64,000 bases of DNA from Eledone cirrhosa (Eukaryota). The notes under the pieces were generated by a model. It did not search any database. It saw only the letters and a list, made by a program, of their open reading frames with translations, and was not told the DNA's origin. Both the position numbers and the translations under genes were made by a program. The stretch lies in assembly GCA_964016885.1 (NCBI GenBank), contig OZ024741.1, forward strand, positions 314,464,001 to 314,528,000, in the 5' to 3' direction. Of the stretch, positions 13,123 through 26,759 are shown in pieces (position 1 is the first letter of the stretch; each line of letters begins with the position of its first letter).

Positions 13123-13348
13123 TTTTATACCATATCAATAATTGTTTCTACTTTAGGCACAAGGCCAGCAATTACCCAGTGCGTTACTGGTACTTTATTT
13201 CATCGACCCCGTAAGGATGAAAGGCAAAGTCAACCTCGGCGGGATTTGAACTCAGATCGTAAAGGGACATAACTATGCTGGAAAGCATAACGTCCGACCC
13301 TCTACCGATACTGCCAATCCGCCGCCCCTTTTATACCATATCAATAAT
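13123..13348 (-). mobile_element. tRNA-derived SINE with 20-bp TSD
   Basis: TSD TTTTATACCATATCAATAAT at 13123-13142 and 13329-13348. The paralogous intron at about 6.08 kb lacks the insertion. Confidence 0.9.
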
Positions 13349-13614
13349 GTTAAGTTTATGACGAACGAATGAAAATGTATACAACTATTGAATATTATAT
13401 CGATACACTACATGGCACACATAGATTATATTTGAATATAATGTTCCAGAACCATATGGAAGTAACAATCAATATAAGTAGCAAAATTACATTAAAAAAT
13501 ATTTAAGAAATAACACTACTTATCAGTTTCTGCGCTATTTATCACTGATATTCTTACATTTAACAACAAATAAATTATTATCATCATAATAATAATTATT
13601 ATTATTATTGCAAT

Positions 13615-13650
<36 letters not shown>

Positions 13651-13820
13651 CAAAGGAAGTGTGATAAGGAACCAGGTGGACCATAACGCACCAGAATACT
13701 CAATACTTTGTGTAGTAGAGTGGGTAATAGAAAAATGTTCAAGACCTGGCTGCAGAGCCCAAGCCATTTCGACGGAAATAGCCGTCGAAACGGCTTGAGT
13801 TATCGGGTTGTCTTGAACAT

Positions 13821-13860
<40 letters not shown>

Positions 13861-14329
13861 TCACACACAAACATACACACACAAACATACATACACGAAC
13901 AAACATACACACACACACACACATACACACACACATATATATATAGGTGTCAGGGCTGCGACGGCTGAGCTCCGGTCACTTCGACAGCTGGAACTGAACT
14001 ACACTAGGTATCTTACCACTCCTTCATTATATATATATATATAAATATATATGTGTGTGTGTGTGAGTGTGTGTGTGTATGTGTGTGTAGGTGTGTGTGT
14101 ATGAGGGGGGGGCGTGTGTGTGTGTGATTATATGTGTGTGTGTTTTTGTATTTGAATTTAAACTATTGACTGCACGCTACGACATTCCAGTTTTCTCATG
14201 TAAGTTAAAATTTCCGTTCCTTGATGTTCTTTTATATGCGCATATATTGACGTTTCAATGTAAGTCTAGCAATATCACGCTACAAAATACACATTTGAAG
14301 GAAATTTTAACCATCATTTCTAACAAAAA

Positions 14330-15010
14330 TTAACTAGATATCTCTGCAGAGAACAATATCACCAAATTAAACATACGGAAAAGATAAGTAAACTGAAACA
14401 ATCGGATACAACTTTGTCAACGATGATGAAACCAATAACCAATACAACATGGATAAAGTAGAACCACCGAAATCATAAATAGGGAGTTAAGTAAGAAATA
14501 TAAAAGGAGACTTTAAAGTAAAATCTGGATAGGGCAATTGAAGAGATGAATTAGATAGTAGCCAGATGCAATGTAGAAATCGAATTGAACACTATCAACC
14601 GTCAGAAACGCGGATAATACTGAAGGGTCACAAACCGAATTACAACACTGATGTCACAGTCAAACATATTGTGCAATTCGGGTCGGTCATTGAAGTAATA
14701 AGCACAATTCTAATTAGTGTCTTCGCCAAATAAGACACTAATTAGATTTAATAAGGACCTATGAACGGGAAAATATTGTTCGTACAGTTTCTATATTACA
14801 ATGGGATCCAGTGACTCAGATCAGGTAACCGATCACGTGAGATATGTGAAGAAGTGTTTTCTGGGCCTCAGCGGAGGATTATATCACGATGATGCCCTAT
14901 GTACCCACTCAAACATAAAAATACTGATTAGAAAGGATGAAGGAGTAAATATCTTAAGTTTTTAAAAAAATAGGACAAGCTGTCGAAATCTATAGTAAAC
15001 ATTAAAAAGC
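14330..15010 (+). mobile_element. Penelope-like RT remnant
   Basis: MGSSDSDQVTD and GGLYHDDA match the MGSSDSAQVTD and GGLYRDD motifs of the element at 31 kb. Confidence 0.65.
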
Positions 15011-15103
15011 TGATATATCAATTCAATTCTACGACATTCATCATATATATATATATATACATATATATAGAGAGAGGGAGAGAGAGAGAGATAGAGAGAG
15101 AGA

Positions 15104-15171
<68 letters not shown>

Positions 15172-16229
15172 GAGAGCGAGCTAGAACACTGGAAGGTAAT
15201 ATCCGTAGTGGTAGAGAACTCAGCCCATGGGGCGAGTTAGGTAGAAGTGGTAACACAACAGTTATAAATATATATGTATATATATATAAGGGATAAGAAA
15301 ATATCGTTATAGGTAATCCAGTTAGAGGTTGTGTGAATACTTTGTACTATGGATAGTTTTAGCGTACGGCGTTGTTTAACACAACAATGGGATTACGAAG
15401 GTGACGAGTTTATGAGTTCTCTTGTATTCCTATGTAAGTTTATCTTGGTGTAATAATATTGAAAGAGTGAAGAATAACATGGTCAACAGTACAAAAAAGG
15501 ATTTTATTTACAGTCTAACAATTGTTTCACTGATTAAGTTGTCTAAAATTTGCTGAACACTTGAAGCAGTGCCACTCAATTTTGACTTCGTTGTCAGCTA
15601 ACCAGATCATCGGAGATGTTATATGTTCAGTTCTTACGAATTCAAATTACAGCATCATTAATAATATTAATAATAAAGATAGAGAGAGAAAAAGAAACAG
15701 AGATAGAGAGAAAAAAGAAAGAAAAAGGAAAAAAGAGGAGGATATATAGAAAAAAGACACAGAGAAAAGTGGATAGAAAGAGAAGAGAAAAGGATAAAGA
15801 AGAAATAAAAGGTAAATAAAAATAAAAAATAAAAATAAAGGGAAGAATAATGATATCAACAATAAATGAATAAATGCTAATAAATAAGTTACATCGAGAA
15901 TGATACAAAATAATACAAAATATAAAAATAAATAAATAAAAAATGTTTATATGTGCGAAGAAAAGTAAACGTAGTAAGATTATTGAGAGTAGTTGTGGTA
16001 TGGGTGGTTAAAACATAGAGATACGAAGGTATAAACATGAAAATGTTAAATATATTTATGTGTGTATTGGTTATTTTAATAAATTGATTAGATAATTAAT
16101 TAATTATTTGATTAATTAATTGTAAGTTATATTAGAAATGACAATAATACGATAAGATAAAATGCAAGAGATGAAATAAATTTAGGGAGAGAAATAGAAA
16201 GATAGAAAGTGAAAGAGAGAGAGATATAA

Positions 16230-16460
16230 AATATAAAATATAAAAGGTTATAATGTTGGTTCATTGACAGATGGGGTAACACTAACGAAGCAATAGATTG
16301 GTTTAGCAAATTAGACAATAAACAATCTTCCGACTTCATACAATTTAATGGCCGACATTTTTTTTCAAATATTACACAGTTAGGATGGACATACATGTTG
16401 GGAAATCGAATATAAATCGATATTACTCCATTAAAAAATACTATTATCATCAGAGCCTGA
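16230..16460 (+). mobile_element. Penelope-like RT remnant
   Basis: WGNTNEAIDWFSKLDNKQSSDFIQFN aligns to WKGTGEVIEWFKEI..CIQLDI at 30.8 kb. Confidence 0.55.
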
Positions 16461-16739
16461 TATTGTTATTAAAAGGTTGGAAATAAAAAGATGTTATAGA
16501 AGCCACACAAAATGGCTGTTATAAAGTTGTGTCACTGCCATACTTGTCAGCCATTAAATATATACAACATTTTAAAAACGGTTTTTACTCTGCTTATTAT
16601 ACGATTGTTAAGCTCTTTACATTTAATCGCATGGTTCGCTAGTCTAATAACCTATATGCATTGAGCACATTAACCTTCTTGATACTGGCTAGAAATCTGC
16701 ATAACTAATCACTTTTGTTTTCTCCGGATTAGCTTACTT

Positions 16740-17255
16740 TCATTTTACTGTAACATTGGCTCAGAGCAGCAGAGTTAAGGCGAAAAAGATATCAAATGTT
16801 GAATTTGTCGATGACATAGTTTCGGTGACAAACACAGTGAATGACGCAGATGATTTGATGCAGGAGGTGGAGACAGTGTCGATGAGTATGGGGCTTTGAA
16901 TGAATGAGATTAAGATGTGTGGTAGAGAATATTAAGAAGCCAGAGAAGATTACTAATGTGGGCGGGAAGCCGCTAGAATTGGTTGAGGACCAAATTGGGA
17001 ATATAGAAGATGATGTCGTTGAGACGAAGAGCAAAGTGTGGGCGGCGTGCCACAGTTTCAGATCGGCGTGGAACTGTGACCTTCGTAAAGAGCTGAAGAT
17101 CCGTCTCTACGTTGCTGTAGTGGAGTCTGTGCTGCTGTATGAGTCTGAGACTGGGACACTGACCAAGAAACTCAATCAGATGGTGGATGTGCGCTACACG
17201 AGAATGCTAAGGATCGCTCTGAACATTAATCAGTAGACACTGAGGATGAAGAATA
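16740..17255 (+). mobile_element. RTE-type LINE fragment
   Basis: EFVDDIV, LKIRLYVAVVESVLLYESETGTLTK and YTRMLRIALNI. Same family as 59.8-60.9 kb. Confidence 0.8.
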
Positions 17256-18072
17256 TTTTGTTTTGTTTTGATTCATATGATAGAAGAAGATACTAACTAA
17301 TTATTTGCCTAATTACTACGTTTCATACTGTACGTTCAATAAATGGATAATATATTTGTAACATTGATCCCCCTTTCAAAACTTCTAACTATAATTTAAA
17401 CATCTCCCTATATATATATATAAATTTTTTTTTTTTTCCTTTTTTTTTTTTGATTTATTACGTTAAATCGAGTCAGGCAAACCATATTGTTTTAAATTAG
17501 TATTTTTCAACCTAGCTAACTTGGTCATTTGCAATTGGAACAGTTCTATACTCATATCTGTGTTCATCCCTCTCATATATCCAATTATATTACAGGGCTT
17601 GGAAAGATTCCCTTCTTTGAGCTATTTAATTTTAAAAGACTATTTTGAGTTTCTAACTATGATATATATATATATATTTTACATCAATCATAATTTCCAC
17701 TGTCAAACCATAATATGTAAAATTAAGTTCATATCTCTTAGCGGGTGATGGTCAATTCTATTGTCCAAACATAATTTAGGGGTAGTGACGAGGCCTTTTG
17801 AAACTCATACTCTTCCACCACCACCACCATTAGGCTTCGTGCAACTGATAGTGGCAGGGCGACTAGCAGTAAACTATAACCGTGTCATATTATAGATAAG
17901 GTTGGGGTGTGAGGGGACCAGCCTTGGCGAGTTTCGTTGAGTTTGGGGTGGTGGAAGAGTAATATAACATTAAATCAAAATACTTCAAACATTACAAGTG
18001 AAGTCATTCTTTTCCTTTTTTTTCAAATATTCCTAACTGTAACAAGGATCTCACAAATGTTCCAATATATAG

Positions 18073-18199
<127 letters not shown>

Positions 18200-18562
18200 G
18201 TGAAAAATTGAACGGGAACAAAACAGAAAGGCAGTACGAACAAAGGTTTACTAGTTTCACGCTCTTGAGAATGGGTGGTTGTGGGGAACGACGTTTCTGG
18301 CATAAGCCCTTCTTCAGGCGAAAAGTGTGTGGGAAGAGAGTTCCAAGGGTGTAAGGGGAGTGGGAGAGAGACATTTAGAAAAAAGGGGGTGAGAGGAAAC
18401 AGTACAAATGAAAATAAATATAAAAGCATAATAAAAATAAAAATAAACATGAAGTTAAACAAGCGGTGGAAGGGTGTGGGGCGTGTGGGGGTGGCGGGTG
18501 GAGTGGGGAGAGGGATGCGGGGTGTCCGAGCGGGGAGGGCTGAAGGTGGTGTGTGTAGGTGT

Positions 18563-18607
<45 letters not shown>

Positions 18608-20525
18608 AAAGTGAGAGTTGGGGGAAGAACGGGGTTGCATGTTCAGGAAAAGGTGTGCGTGAGGTTGGGTAGTAGGTCGGTGATGTCTATGCGTGTGTGG
18701 ATGGGGAGGGGTCAGAGGGGTGGGAGGTGGGGGAGAGGATTCCGGAGGCTGAGTGTGTAAATATGTGGTGGTACGCACGTGTGTGTGGTGTTTTTACGTA
18801 TTGTGGTTGTAGGGGGCGTTTGGGAAAAAAAATGTTTGTAAGTGTATGTCCGTGGGTAAGTTCCTAAGGTAATTCCGTAGAGGATGTGGTGGGATGCCGG
18901 ATAATTTCCTTGTGATGGAGTTGATTCGTGGGAGCGATGTCCAATGTGTGTAATCCGTGGTTGGGTTGGTCGGAAGAGGGGAGATGTGGGGTGCGCGCGC
19001 AACAGGAAGTGGTCAGAGGGTCAAGGCAGGAGGAGTGTTGTGTGTCTGTGTGTGCGGAGAGGTGGTCAGAGATTCAGGGCATAGCAGCAGTCGGGGAGAA
19101 TGGCAGGTGGAGAAAGTCGGTGTGTCAGTGTGTGCGGAGGTGCGGTGGACAGGGGAGGGGTTGAGAAAGGTGTGGGGGCCGGTTTAGGGAGTGTAATGTA
19201 CTGATGTGTGTGTGTGCATCTTTGGATGAGTGTGTGTGTGGTGAAGGATGTGTTAGTGGGTGTTAGTATACTGGTGGTGGGGAAAGGGTTGAATGCGGGT
19301 GTCAGTGGGGGTCAGTGGGGGTAAGGTGTGTAGAGTGGGTGCTTTAACTGGGTGTGTGTGTTCGTGTGCGTGGGGTCGGTGGGGGAGAAGAAAGGATGTT
19401 AGTATTATTAGTTGGGGAAGTGTAGTCGGGTGTGGGGTGGGGGTGTTAGTATTGTTAGTTGTGGGGAGGGCGGTGAAAAGGAGCAGCGTGTTAGTGGTGT
19501 TAGTGGGGGATATGTGTGTGGGGGGGACAGGACGGTCGAAGGCTAAAGGAATAGAGGTGGGGAGTTCAGGCCGGGGAAAGTGTGGTTCTGTAGGGTGAAG
19601 ATGGTGCGTTGTTCGACCCTGAGGAGGGTGGCGGGTGTTCCGTGGCGTTGGTGTAGGCCACAGACTGTGAGGTGGTGCGTGGAATGTCCAGGGGAGCCAA
19701 AGTGCCGTGCGATGGGGGAACAACCGCCGAGACGAATATCCCGGAGGTGTTCGGTAAAACGGTCCGCCATAGACTAGGTTGGAGGAGGTGCTGCGGAAGG
19801 CATGCCTGACGGAGAGAGGGTGGCCGTTGGGACCCTGGAAGGTGGTGGTGTTGGTGATGTGGAGACAGGTGTTGTAACGAGGCCTGGAACAGGGAAGGGA
19901 ACCGTGGGTGGGGGGGTGAGAACGTGGGTTGGGGGTAGCTGCAGACGAAGAGGGTGCGGAGATTGCGTGCGCGTTTGAACGAGGGGAGTGGTGGGGCTGG
20001 GAAGATGTGGAAAGTGGAGGGGTCGGAAGAGGCGGAGATGGTGCGGTGGTGGGGTAGCGGGGAGGGATGGTAGGTGATGGGGAAGGGGAGACGGTGTTTG
20101 TGCGGTGGCGTGGGGTGAGGGTGGTGGTGCGGTGGTGCGGGGGTTTAACCTCTGCGGATGAAATGGCTGACTAGGGAAAGGGCCTGGGACTCAAACTCAG
20201 CTTCTCGGCTACAGAGGCGGTGGATCCTGAGGAGTTGGGAGTAGGTAATAGAGTGTTTAGTGTGTGTAGGTGGGAAGAGGTGAAGTCGAGGTAGGAGTGG
20301 GAGTCGGTGGGTTTGAAGAAGGCGGAGGTGACGAGGGCGTGGTGGGAGGTGTCGAAGGCGACGGAGATGTCTAAGAAGTGGACGTGGGTGGTGGAGATAG
20401 AGGTGGTGAAGTGGAGGGAGGGGTGGAAGGAGCAGAAGAAGGAAAGAACGGAGTCGAGCTGTTCTCGGGTGAGGGTTGTGGCTCCGATACAGTCGTCGAT
20501 GTAACCACCGTACAGTTCGGGCGTC
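18200..20525 (-). mobile_element. 5'-truncated Penelope/Poseidon-like element (RT C-terminus, GIY-YIG remnant, long 3' region)
   Basis: YIDDCIG..FHPSLHFT..FLDISV..KPTDSHSYLDFTSSH..YSQLLRIHRLCS, then DRFTEHLRDIR..PIARHF..GLN. Hammerhead-like core near 18290-18317. Confidence 0.85.
18283..18322 (-). ncRNA. Minimal hammerhead-like motif (degenerate)
   Basis: CTGAAGA-AGGGC-TTAT-GCCA-GAAA-CGTCG in the PLE 3' region. Stem I is weak. Confidence 0.5.
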
Positions 20526-20949
20526 CGACCCTCTACCGATACTGCCAATCCACAAAGATATCATTAATTACGTACAGTTATAAATGAGATATCAATTATA
20601 TATACCATATCAATGATTATAAGATTAAAGTGGTGATAAAAGAATCAGTTGCTCTCAACCTCAACAATTTCGGGGAAGTATTACCGACAAATTACTGGGA
20701 TAGCCTTGGTAAATTGAATGTGCTCGAAATACGCCGAGTTGTTCGTCAGCTACGACGAGGATCAACTTTTCTCCCAGTATACTGCATCTACCCATTAAGC
20801 TATACGGCCGTTACATTGAGTATTCTATCGGCGCCACTTCTTTCTACCATGAACAGATTGACTCCTCTCTTCCTTTTGTGCAGTCTGTCCAACCCGCCCT
20901 TACTCCATTATCTCCTTAACTAGGTTTAACTAGGTATACCTAGCAAGAG

Positions 20950-23720
20950 CAGAGGGAGAAAAACAGTTGCTCATGTTTTTCGTCGCGAAGATCAGTTGAA
21001 GGATGTATAAAGGATTGCAAGAGAGTGTGCTAGAGAAAGTCGTGAAATGGTCGAAATGGTAGTGGAACACCCACCTTGTCTTATACCGAAAAGAAGTACT
21101 TACTATGAGAGACTACTGAACGAAGAGAACAAATGGGACAGTAAGGGCTTACCACATGTTGATCTGACTAAGGGATCAGTTAAGAAGTTGACAGCAATGA
21201 GATATATAAAGCAATTAAGGACCAGAAGCTAGAGAAGGCCACTGGACCATCTGGTATATTGAGACTAAAAGCACGCGGCATTGTAGGATATGTGCTAGTC
21301 GGACATATAGTTAATCAGGTAGTTCAAGAAAGGTGTCATACCTAATGACTGCAGCAGCAAAGTTATTGTCAACTTCTACAAGGCCTAGGAAGATGCACTA
21401 GAGAAAATAAGTACGGAAGTATCAAGTTGATGGAGCATGTCATGAAATTTGTTGAAAATATTATAGCATGATTAATTCGGGAGATAATCAAAATAGATAA
21501 GATGCAGTTTGGATTTATGCTAGGCAGGACTACTACTGGATAAATGATGCTAAATGGAAACCATTCAATGTGGGAGTCGGATTTTGAAAATGATTGATAT
21601 GCGCAGTCGCGCTAGAAGTTGTATTACGACTGGCAGGTGTTAAATCAGTCGGCTAGAATTTTCAGACGACCGGTATTCCTTAACTCGGCAGAAGGAAATC
21701 ATCACCAAATTACACTCTGTAGGTTTGATGTCGAGTGCTGCATGGCTGGAATGTAAATCAATGCTGCGAAAACTGAGATACTCCTCGTCTTAAGGAATCT
21801 TGTGCCGAGCAATCTATATATAAATGGAGTTCCGCTGAAGCAGGTGGAGAAATTAAAGTATCTCGGCGCCATGTTCACAAGTGATGGAACTAATAAGGCT
21901 GAATTAAGTTAAAGAATTGCATGAGCTGGTGCTGTAATGCGCCAGCTTCAGCTGTTGTTATTCAGAGATGTAAGTGAAAAATCCAAACTGGTTAACTTCA
22001 GTACGTTATTCGTGTCAATACTCATAAAGGTCATGAATCTTGGGTAATGACCAAACGAATATTATCGTGAATACAAGCATCAGCAATGGGGTTTTTCCGA
22101 AGGGTATTTTGAGTAACGTTACTCAGTAGGGTGCGTAGCTTGGAGATCTGGTTTCCCTCCAGGGAAAGTCGCTACTTCTCCGAATTGAGAGATTACAGAT
22201 ACGATACTATATCCATGCCATTAGAATGTCTCGGGAAAAAATCGTTTGAAAGATTTTACAGGAAACGCAACCGGAAGGAAGCCCAGAGACATATACCACG
22301 CAAGATGGTTGGATAACATCCATGAGTTCATCTGGTCTAGATTGGGGATCCAGCCGGATTATTTGGAGGCGGTTACTTCTGACAAACCCACTGGAAAGAA
22401 TGGTTGAAGACTCTTCCCCCACCCACTACCATTTTAGGAAGAAGAAAAAGAAGAAGAAGAAGAAGAAGAAGAAGAAGAAGAAGAAGAAGAAGAAGAAGAA
22501 GAAGAAGAAGAAGAAGAAGAAGAAGAAGAAGAAGAAGAAGAAGAAGAAGAAGAAGAAGAAGAAGAAGAAGAAGAGTGCCATTGATTCCCCCTTTATAGTG
22601 CGACGACTGCTTGAGAGGTACTTGGCAAAGTGTAAGCCATTGTATCTAGATTTTTTAGATAGGGAGAACCCCTTGACAGGGTCCCATTCTCTGTAATATG
22701 GTGGACACTTAGGAAGCTAGATGTAGATGAATGTCTTGTGAGAGTTGTGTGGGCCATGTATAAAAAAGTTGGAAGCCAGTAGAGTGATGAAGTGCAGTTC
22801 GATGTCCACCGGGGCTCAGTCCTTAGTCAACTCCTATTTAGCACTGTTCTTCACTGTTCTTCACTGAGTATTTCAAAACTGGTATGCTGATGATCTAGTA
22901 CTTAAAATGAATCCGTAGGAAAGTAAGGGACAAAACTTCAAACATGCAAGGACCTAGAGTTTAAAAGCCTCAAACCAGTCGCATCAAAGGCAAAAGGGCT
23001 AAGTACGAAAGAGGTCAAGAAGGTGATACAATCAGGGAGATGGCTGTGTTCAATATGCTAGAAAGGGTGAGCAGGTTTTCTATAAGGTGCACAGAGTGAA
23101 ATCGATGGACTTACAAGAGATGTGGCGGATGCACAGAAGAAGGGAGCCCTAAAACTTACGTGAAGGTGATTCCTTTAGTTTCCAGGGAAACTGCTTAGTA
23201 ATTATCAACAGATTTTGTTACTTAGGCGATCAAAATCGCAAGTGTGGAGCATACACTGAAAGTGTAACAACCAGGATCAGAACAGGCTGGAAGAAGTTTA
23301 GAGAGCTGATAACTCTACGAATAACAAACATTGTCTCACTCGGAGTGAAGAGTAGACAATATGATGCCTGTGGGCAAATGGCAATGCTAAATGGCTGGAA
23401 ACATGGGGCTTAACTACAGAAAACCTCCGAAGGCTGGGGAGAAATATCGACAGTATGATCCGATGAATGTGTAATGCATGGACTACGTAGTAGAAGTGAA
23501 CTGAGAAGAAAACATTATACAAGAGGATTTGGATGTAATGTGAAAAGGAGAGAAGATTACTCTGGTATGAATTTGTGATGCGTATGGAAGATAGCAGCTG
23601 AACAAAGAAATGCAGAGCAATTGCATTGCCAGGAACACGAGGAAAAGGAAGACCAAAAAATCTTGTGATGACAAAGGATTGAAAGGTCTGGCGCTATGCT
23701 GTATTAATGAAGACCCGACC
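20950..23720 (+). mobile_element. Degenerate RTE LINE with a nested second RTE fragment ending in (GAA)n
   Basis: YYERLLNEENKWD, IKLMEHVMK, QFGFM and FIVRRLLERYLAK..LYLDFLD. The nested piece at about 21540-22575 (VEKLKYLG) carries a (GAA)n tail. Confidence 0.75.
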
Positions 23721-24449
23721 AGAATCATAAAATATGACTTGAAACATCCATGAACTACCCCCTCCCTCCTACTATTACTTACCTCATCTGCTCTCCCCAA
23801 TGCGGCATCCACTACACATACACACTCGAGAACCACTCAAACACTAGACACCTTAGATATCCTCACCATTGGCCAATAGTAGCTGCTTTCTCTCTCTATT
23901 GCTTACTCCACACCTATTGCAAACCTTATCCCTCAATATCCCTTACCCATCTCTCTCACACGACACCAATCTCTATCGACCTCACCCTTCACTACATCCC
24001 CCTCCCCGTACACTTATCAGCTATCCCTGACTCTTACTCATCCCTAACCCCGCTTCCTCTTTCTCCATCGCCCCCATATCTTCACCATGTTAACCACATC
24101 CCTCATACCAGTTGGTAGTAAGAAAGGGATACGGTCGTAGAAAGCTTACTAAACAAAGGGTGAATAGCACCCTTCAGTTTGTGCCCAAAAGACAGCTCGA
24201 CAATAACTTGACCTGTCTGATTGGTCAGTAGACACGCTTCAGTATTAATTTTTTCTATGTAATCCCACGCAAAACTTACTTGCAGATGATGATGATGATG
24301 ACATAAACACATGTATACACACACACATACACACACAAACACACAAATATATATATATATTTATATAACGAAGGCAATGTGGTAAGGAACCCGATGGACC
24401 ATATATATATATATAGTGGAGTAAGATACATATATATATAGAGTGAAGA

Positions 24450-24490
<41 letters not shown>

Positions 24491-24676
24491 ACATACATAC
24501 ATACCGACTACTACGGGTATTAACCCCATGTCAACTATTATTGTGGACCGCTCCTGTTAGGCTGGAGGATCAGGTGACAACATGACAGTATTAATGAAAT
24601 GAGAAAAACATGAGGACAGTCAAGTAATTAAAGTATGTAATAAGTGAACAAAATAACAAATGAGTTATTATCTTAC

Positions 24677-24740
24677 CCTCTGCTAAAGTGGTCTGCCATG
24701 TTAATAATATAGTAAATCCAGCAATAGAAAGCGGGGTCAT
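24677..24740 (-). CDS. First coding exon (signal peptide) of secreted EGF-repeat gene A
   Basis: ATG...MTPLSIAGFTILLTWQTTLAE then G|GTAAGA donor, phase 1. Hydrophobic N-terminus with a TLA small-residue cleavage context. Phase matches the downstream EGF exons. Conserved in the inverted paralog at 42853-42916. Confidence 0.75.
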
Positions 24741-24925
24741 TGCAAGCCGAGTTAAATTATAAATCGAAAGTGAGGAAATCTCCGAAAATGTTGTCTGAGT
24801 GGCGTTCCTCACGACGATGCTAACGGAATTATATTTAGCGTTCAGTGTCACGAGACGACGTGTGCACCCTTTGTGCTAAACTTCAGTAGATTACTCTTGT
24901 TCTATTTCACTATTTATTTGCTTGC

Positions 24926-26757
24926 TTTTTTTTTTACTTAAGTATTATGTAAGACTAACATTTTAATCGTAAAAGAATAAATAAAAGAAAAAAAGAGAGG
25001 CTATATGTGTTAATACATATGTTGAGCAAATGGGGTCCCACGTGTTGGCCTCCTGCACTATCCCGGCGGAAAGAATGGAGAAGGCGTTTCCCGGAGGATG
25101 GTAACGGAGATGCGCTGGAAGAGCCATTCCATTTCGAGAAGCACACACCTGGTTCTGGCCAGTGCAGCGCCTATGGTGATGAATAGAGGGGTAGCCCTAG
25201 GGCCAAGGACACCAGAAGTCTCCGCTGTCGGAGAGCGACTGATACCTGGTGAGATTGTCCTCCTCAGAGTGACGTGCAGCAGTACCTGGCATCCCCGACG
25301 AGAGTTTTGGCACCGCGGAACGGGAGGATGTTCATAGTGTCTGGCATTATGCCATCCCCATCGGTCCAGCCCCACCGGCTCGAGCAGGGAATGGAAGCCT
25401 GCAACATCCAAACCATGCTTTATGACTTCGTTGAGGGCAGCACGGCATGGAAAGCAGCCGGCACTGTGGTGATAGGAAAGCGGGTGGAGACCGAAAGAGT
25501 CCATTTTTATGTCTCGCAGATCCGGAGGCCAAACCTCAAGGAAACGCCGATTCACAGGCTATCGTTATCCAGATGCGTGCCAGTGGTGAAAGGAGAGCAA
25601 GGCATGGAGCTTGGCATCACTGTGGGTTTTGGAGGCCACGTGAAAACAGGCAAGGCGGTAGTGGTCGATCTGGCACGTGACCCTGTCTAAGGTCAGGCTG
25701 CACAGGATTGCATCCCAAATGCTTTCGGGGACTTGACGTCAGCAGGCGGAGAGGGAGATGGACGTCTACTGGGTTAAGTCCCAGCCGGTCCCACGTCTCA
25801 CAGGCGGCCTCACGTTCCTTGATCATATAGAGATCCATTGTGTTTTGGAGAAACCTACTGACAAGGATGCAGCATGAGGTTACCGATGAAAGAAAGGCCG
25901 GCAACGCCAGCGAGATCGGAGACCGGAGTCCAAGGTCACCATATCTGATAAGTAAAGTGATCTGTTACCATCCTATGTCGTCAAACCTGACGTTGTATAT
26001 TTCCTCGGCTGCTGCTCGGATACGAGTATCGAGGTCTAGGTGGAGAGATGCGTGCTGTAGCGCGAAAGGTGTAGAATAGCTTCGGCATGCCGAATCAGTT
26101 CCTCAACAGAAAGGGAGCTTGGTGGCCGTCGACCAAGCCCAGTCGGCTCGTGAGGGTCTGGAGTTGTTGGAGCCTGGATCTGATGGTGGAGCCAATGGTC
26201 GGCGGGTGGATCGGTGACCCGAGGATGAGGAAATCCTCTTTGGGGGTCACCTCTAACTGGTGGATTATGGACCGCACGTCCGAGACGGAGGCTGCAAAAC
26301 ATTATGGCTGACAGTCACCACCTCCGACTTGGATGAGTTGACCAGGAGGCCGATTCCCGCCAGGACAGGAACCACCGATTGATGGTTATGGCAGACAGTC
26401 TCCACGGGCCCTTCCAGCGTAGAATCATCCAGGTACCAAACGTTGAGAGGGCCCGTGATACGTCGGGAAATGTGGTTTATACAAAGCGCAAACAGGAGGG
26501 CGACCAAAGGGTCACCCTGTAAGCCCCCAGTGGCCGAAGGAAACCGTATGTGCAGCAAGGAGCATGCTCGGGGCTCCATATGACAGGTTGGCCAGCAGGT
26601 AGCCGGAGAGGGTTCGGCTGAGAGAGGCATCAAGCAGATGGTCCCTCATGTCAAGCTTGACATTGAGGTGCCTGGAGTCCCTGGATGCCGGTTTCGGTGG
26701 GCAGCTGTTGAAGAACTTCCTGGTTGCATGTGCGGCCCCCTCACAGCCACCGGACAC
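24926..26757 (-). mobile_element. CRE-clade non-LTR retrotransposon fragment
   Basis: GGLQGDPLVALLF, WYLDDSTLEG, ILGSPI and RLE region ALNEVIKHGL..LEPVGLDR. Ends in a poly(A). Inverted paralog of 40.9-42.7 kb. Confidence 0.8.
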
Positions 26758-26759
26758 GC

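Noticed and set aside
13760-13798. Short perfect hairpin resembling a terminator
   Set aside because: The DNA is eukaryotic. It is more likely a small foldback of a repeat end, and no function is supportable.
22322-22696. Poly-Lys/poly-Arg ORFs
   Set aside because: They read through the (GAA)n tail of a nested RTE fragment.
24741-24851. Upstream in-frame extension MTLNAKYNSV... conserved in both paralogs
   Set aside because: It begins at GTG, not ATG. Its conservation is explained by the duplication, so it is likely 5' UTR.
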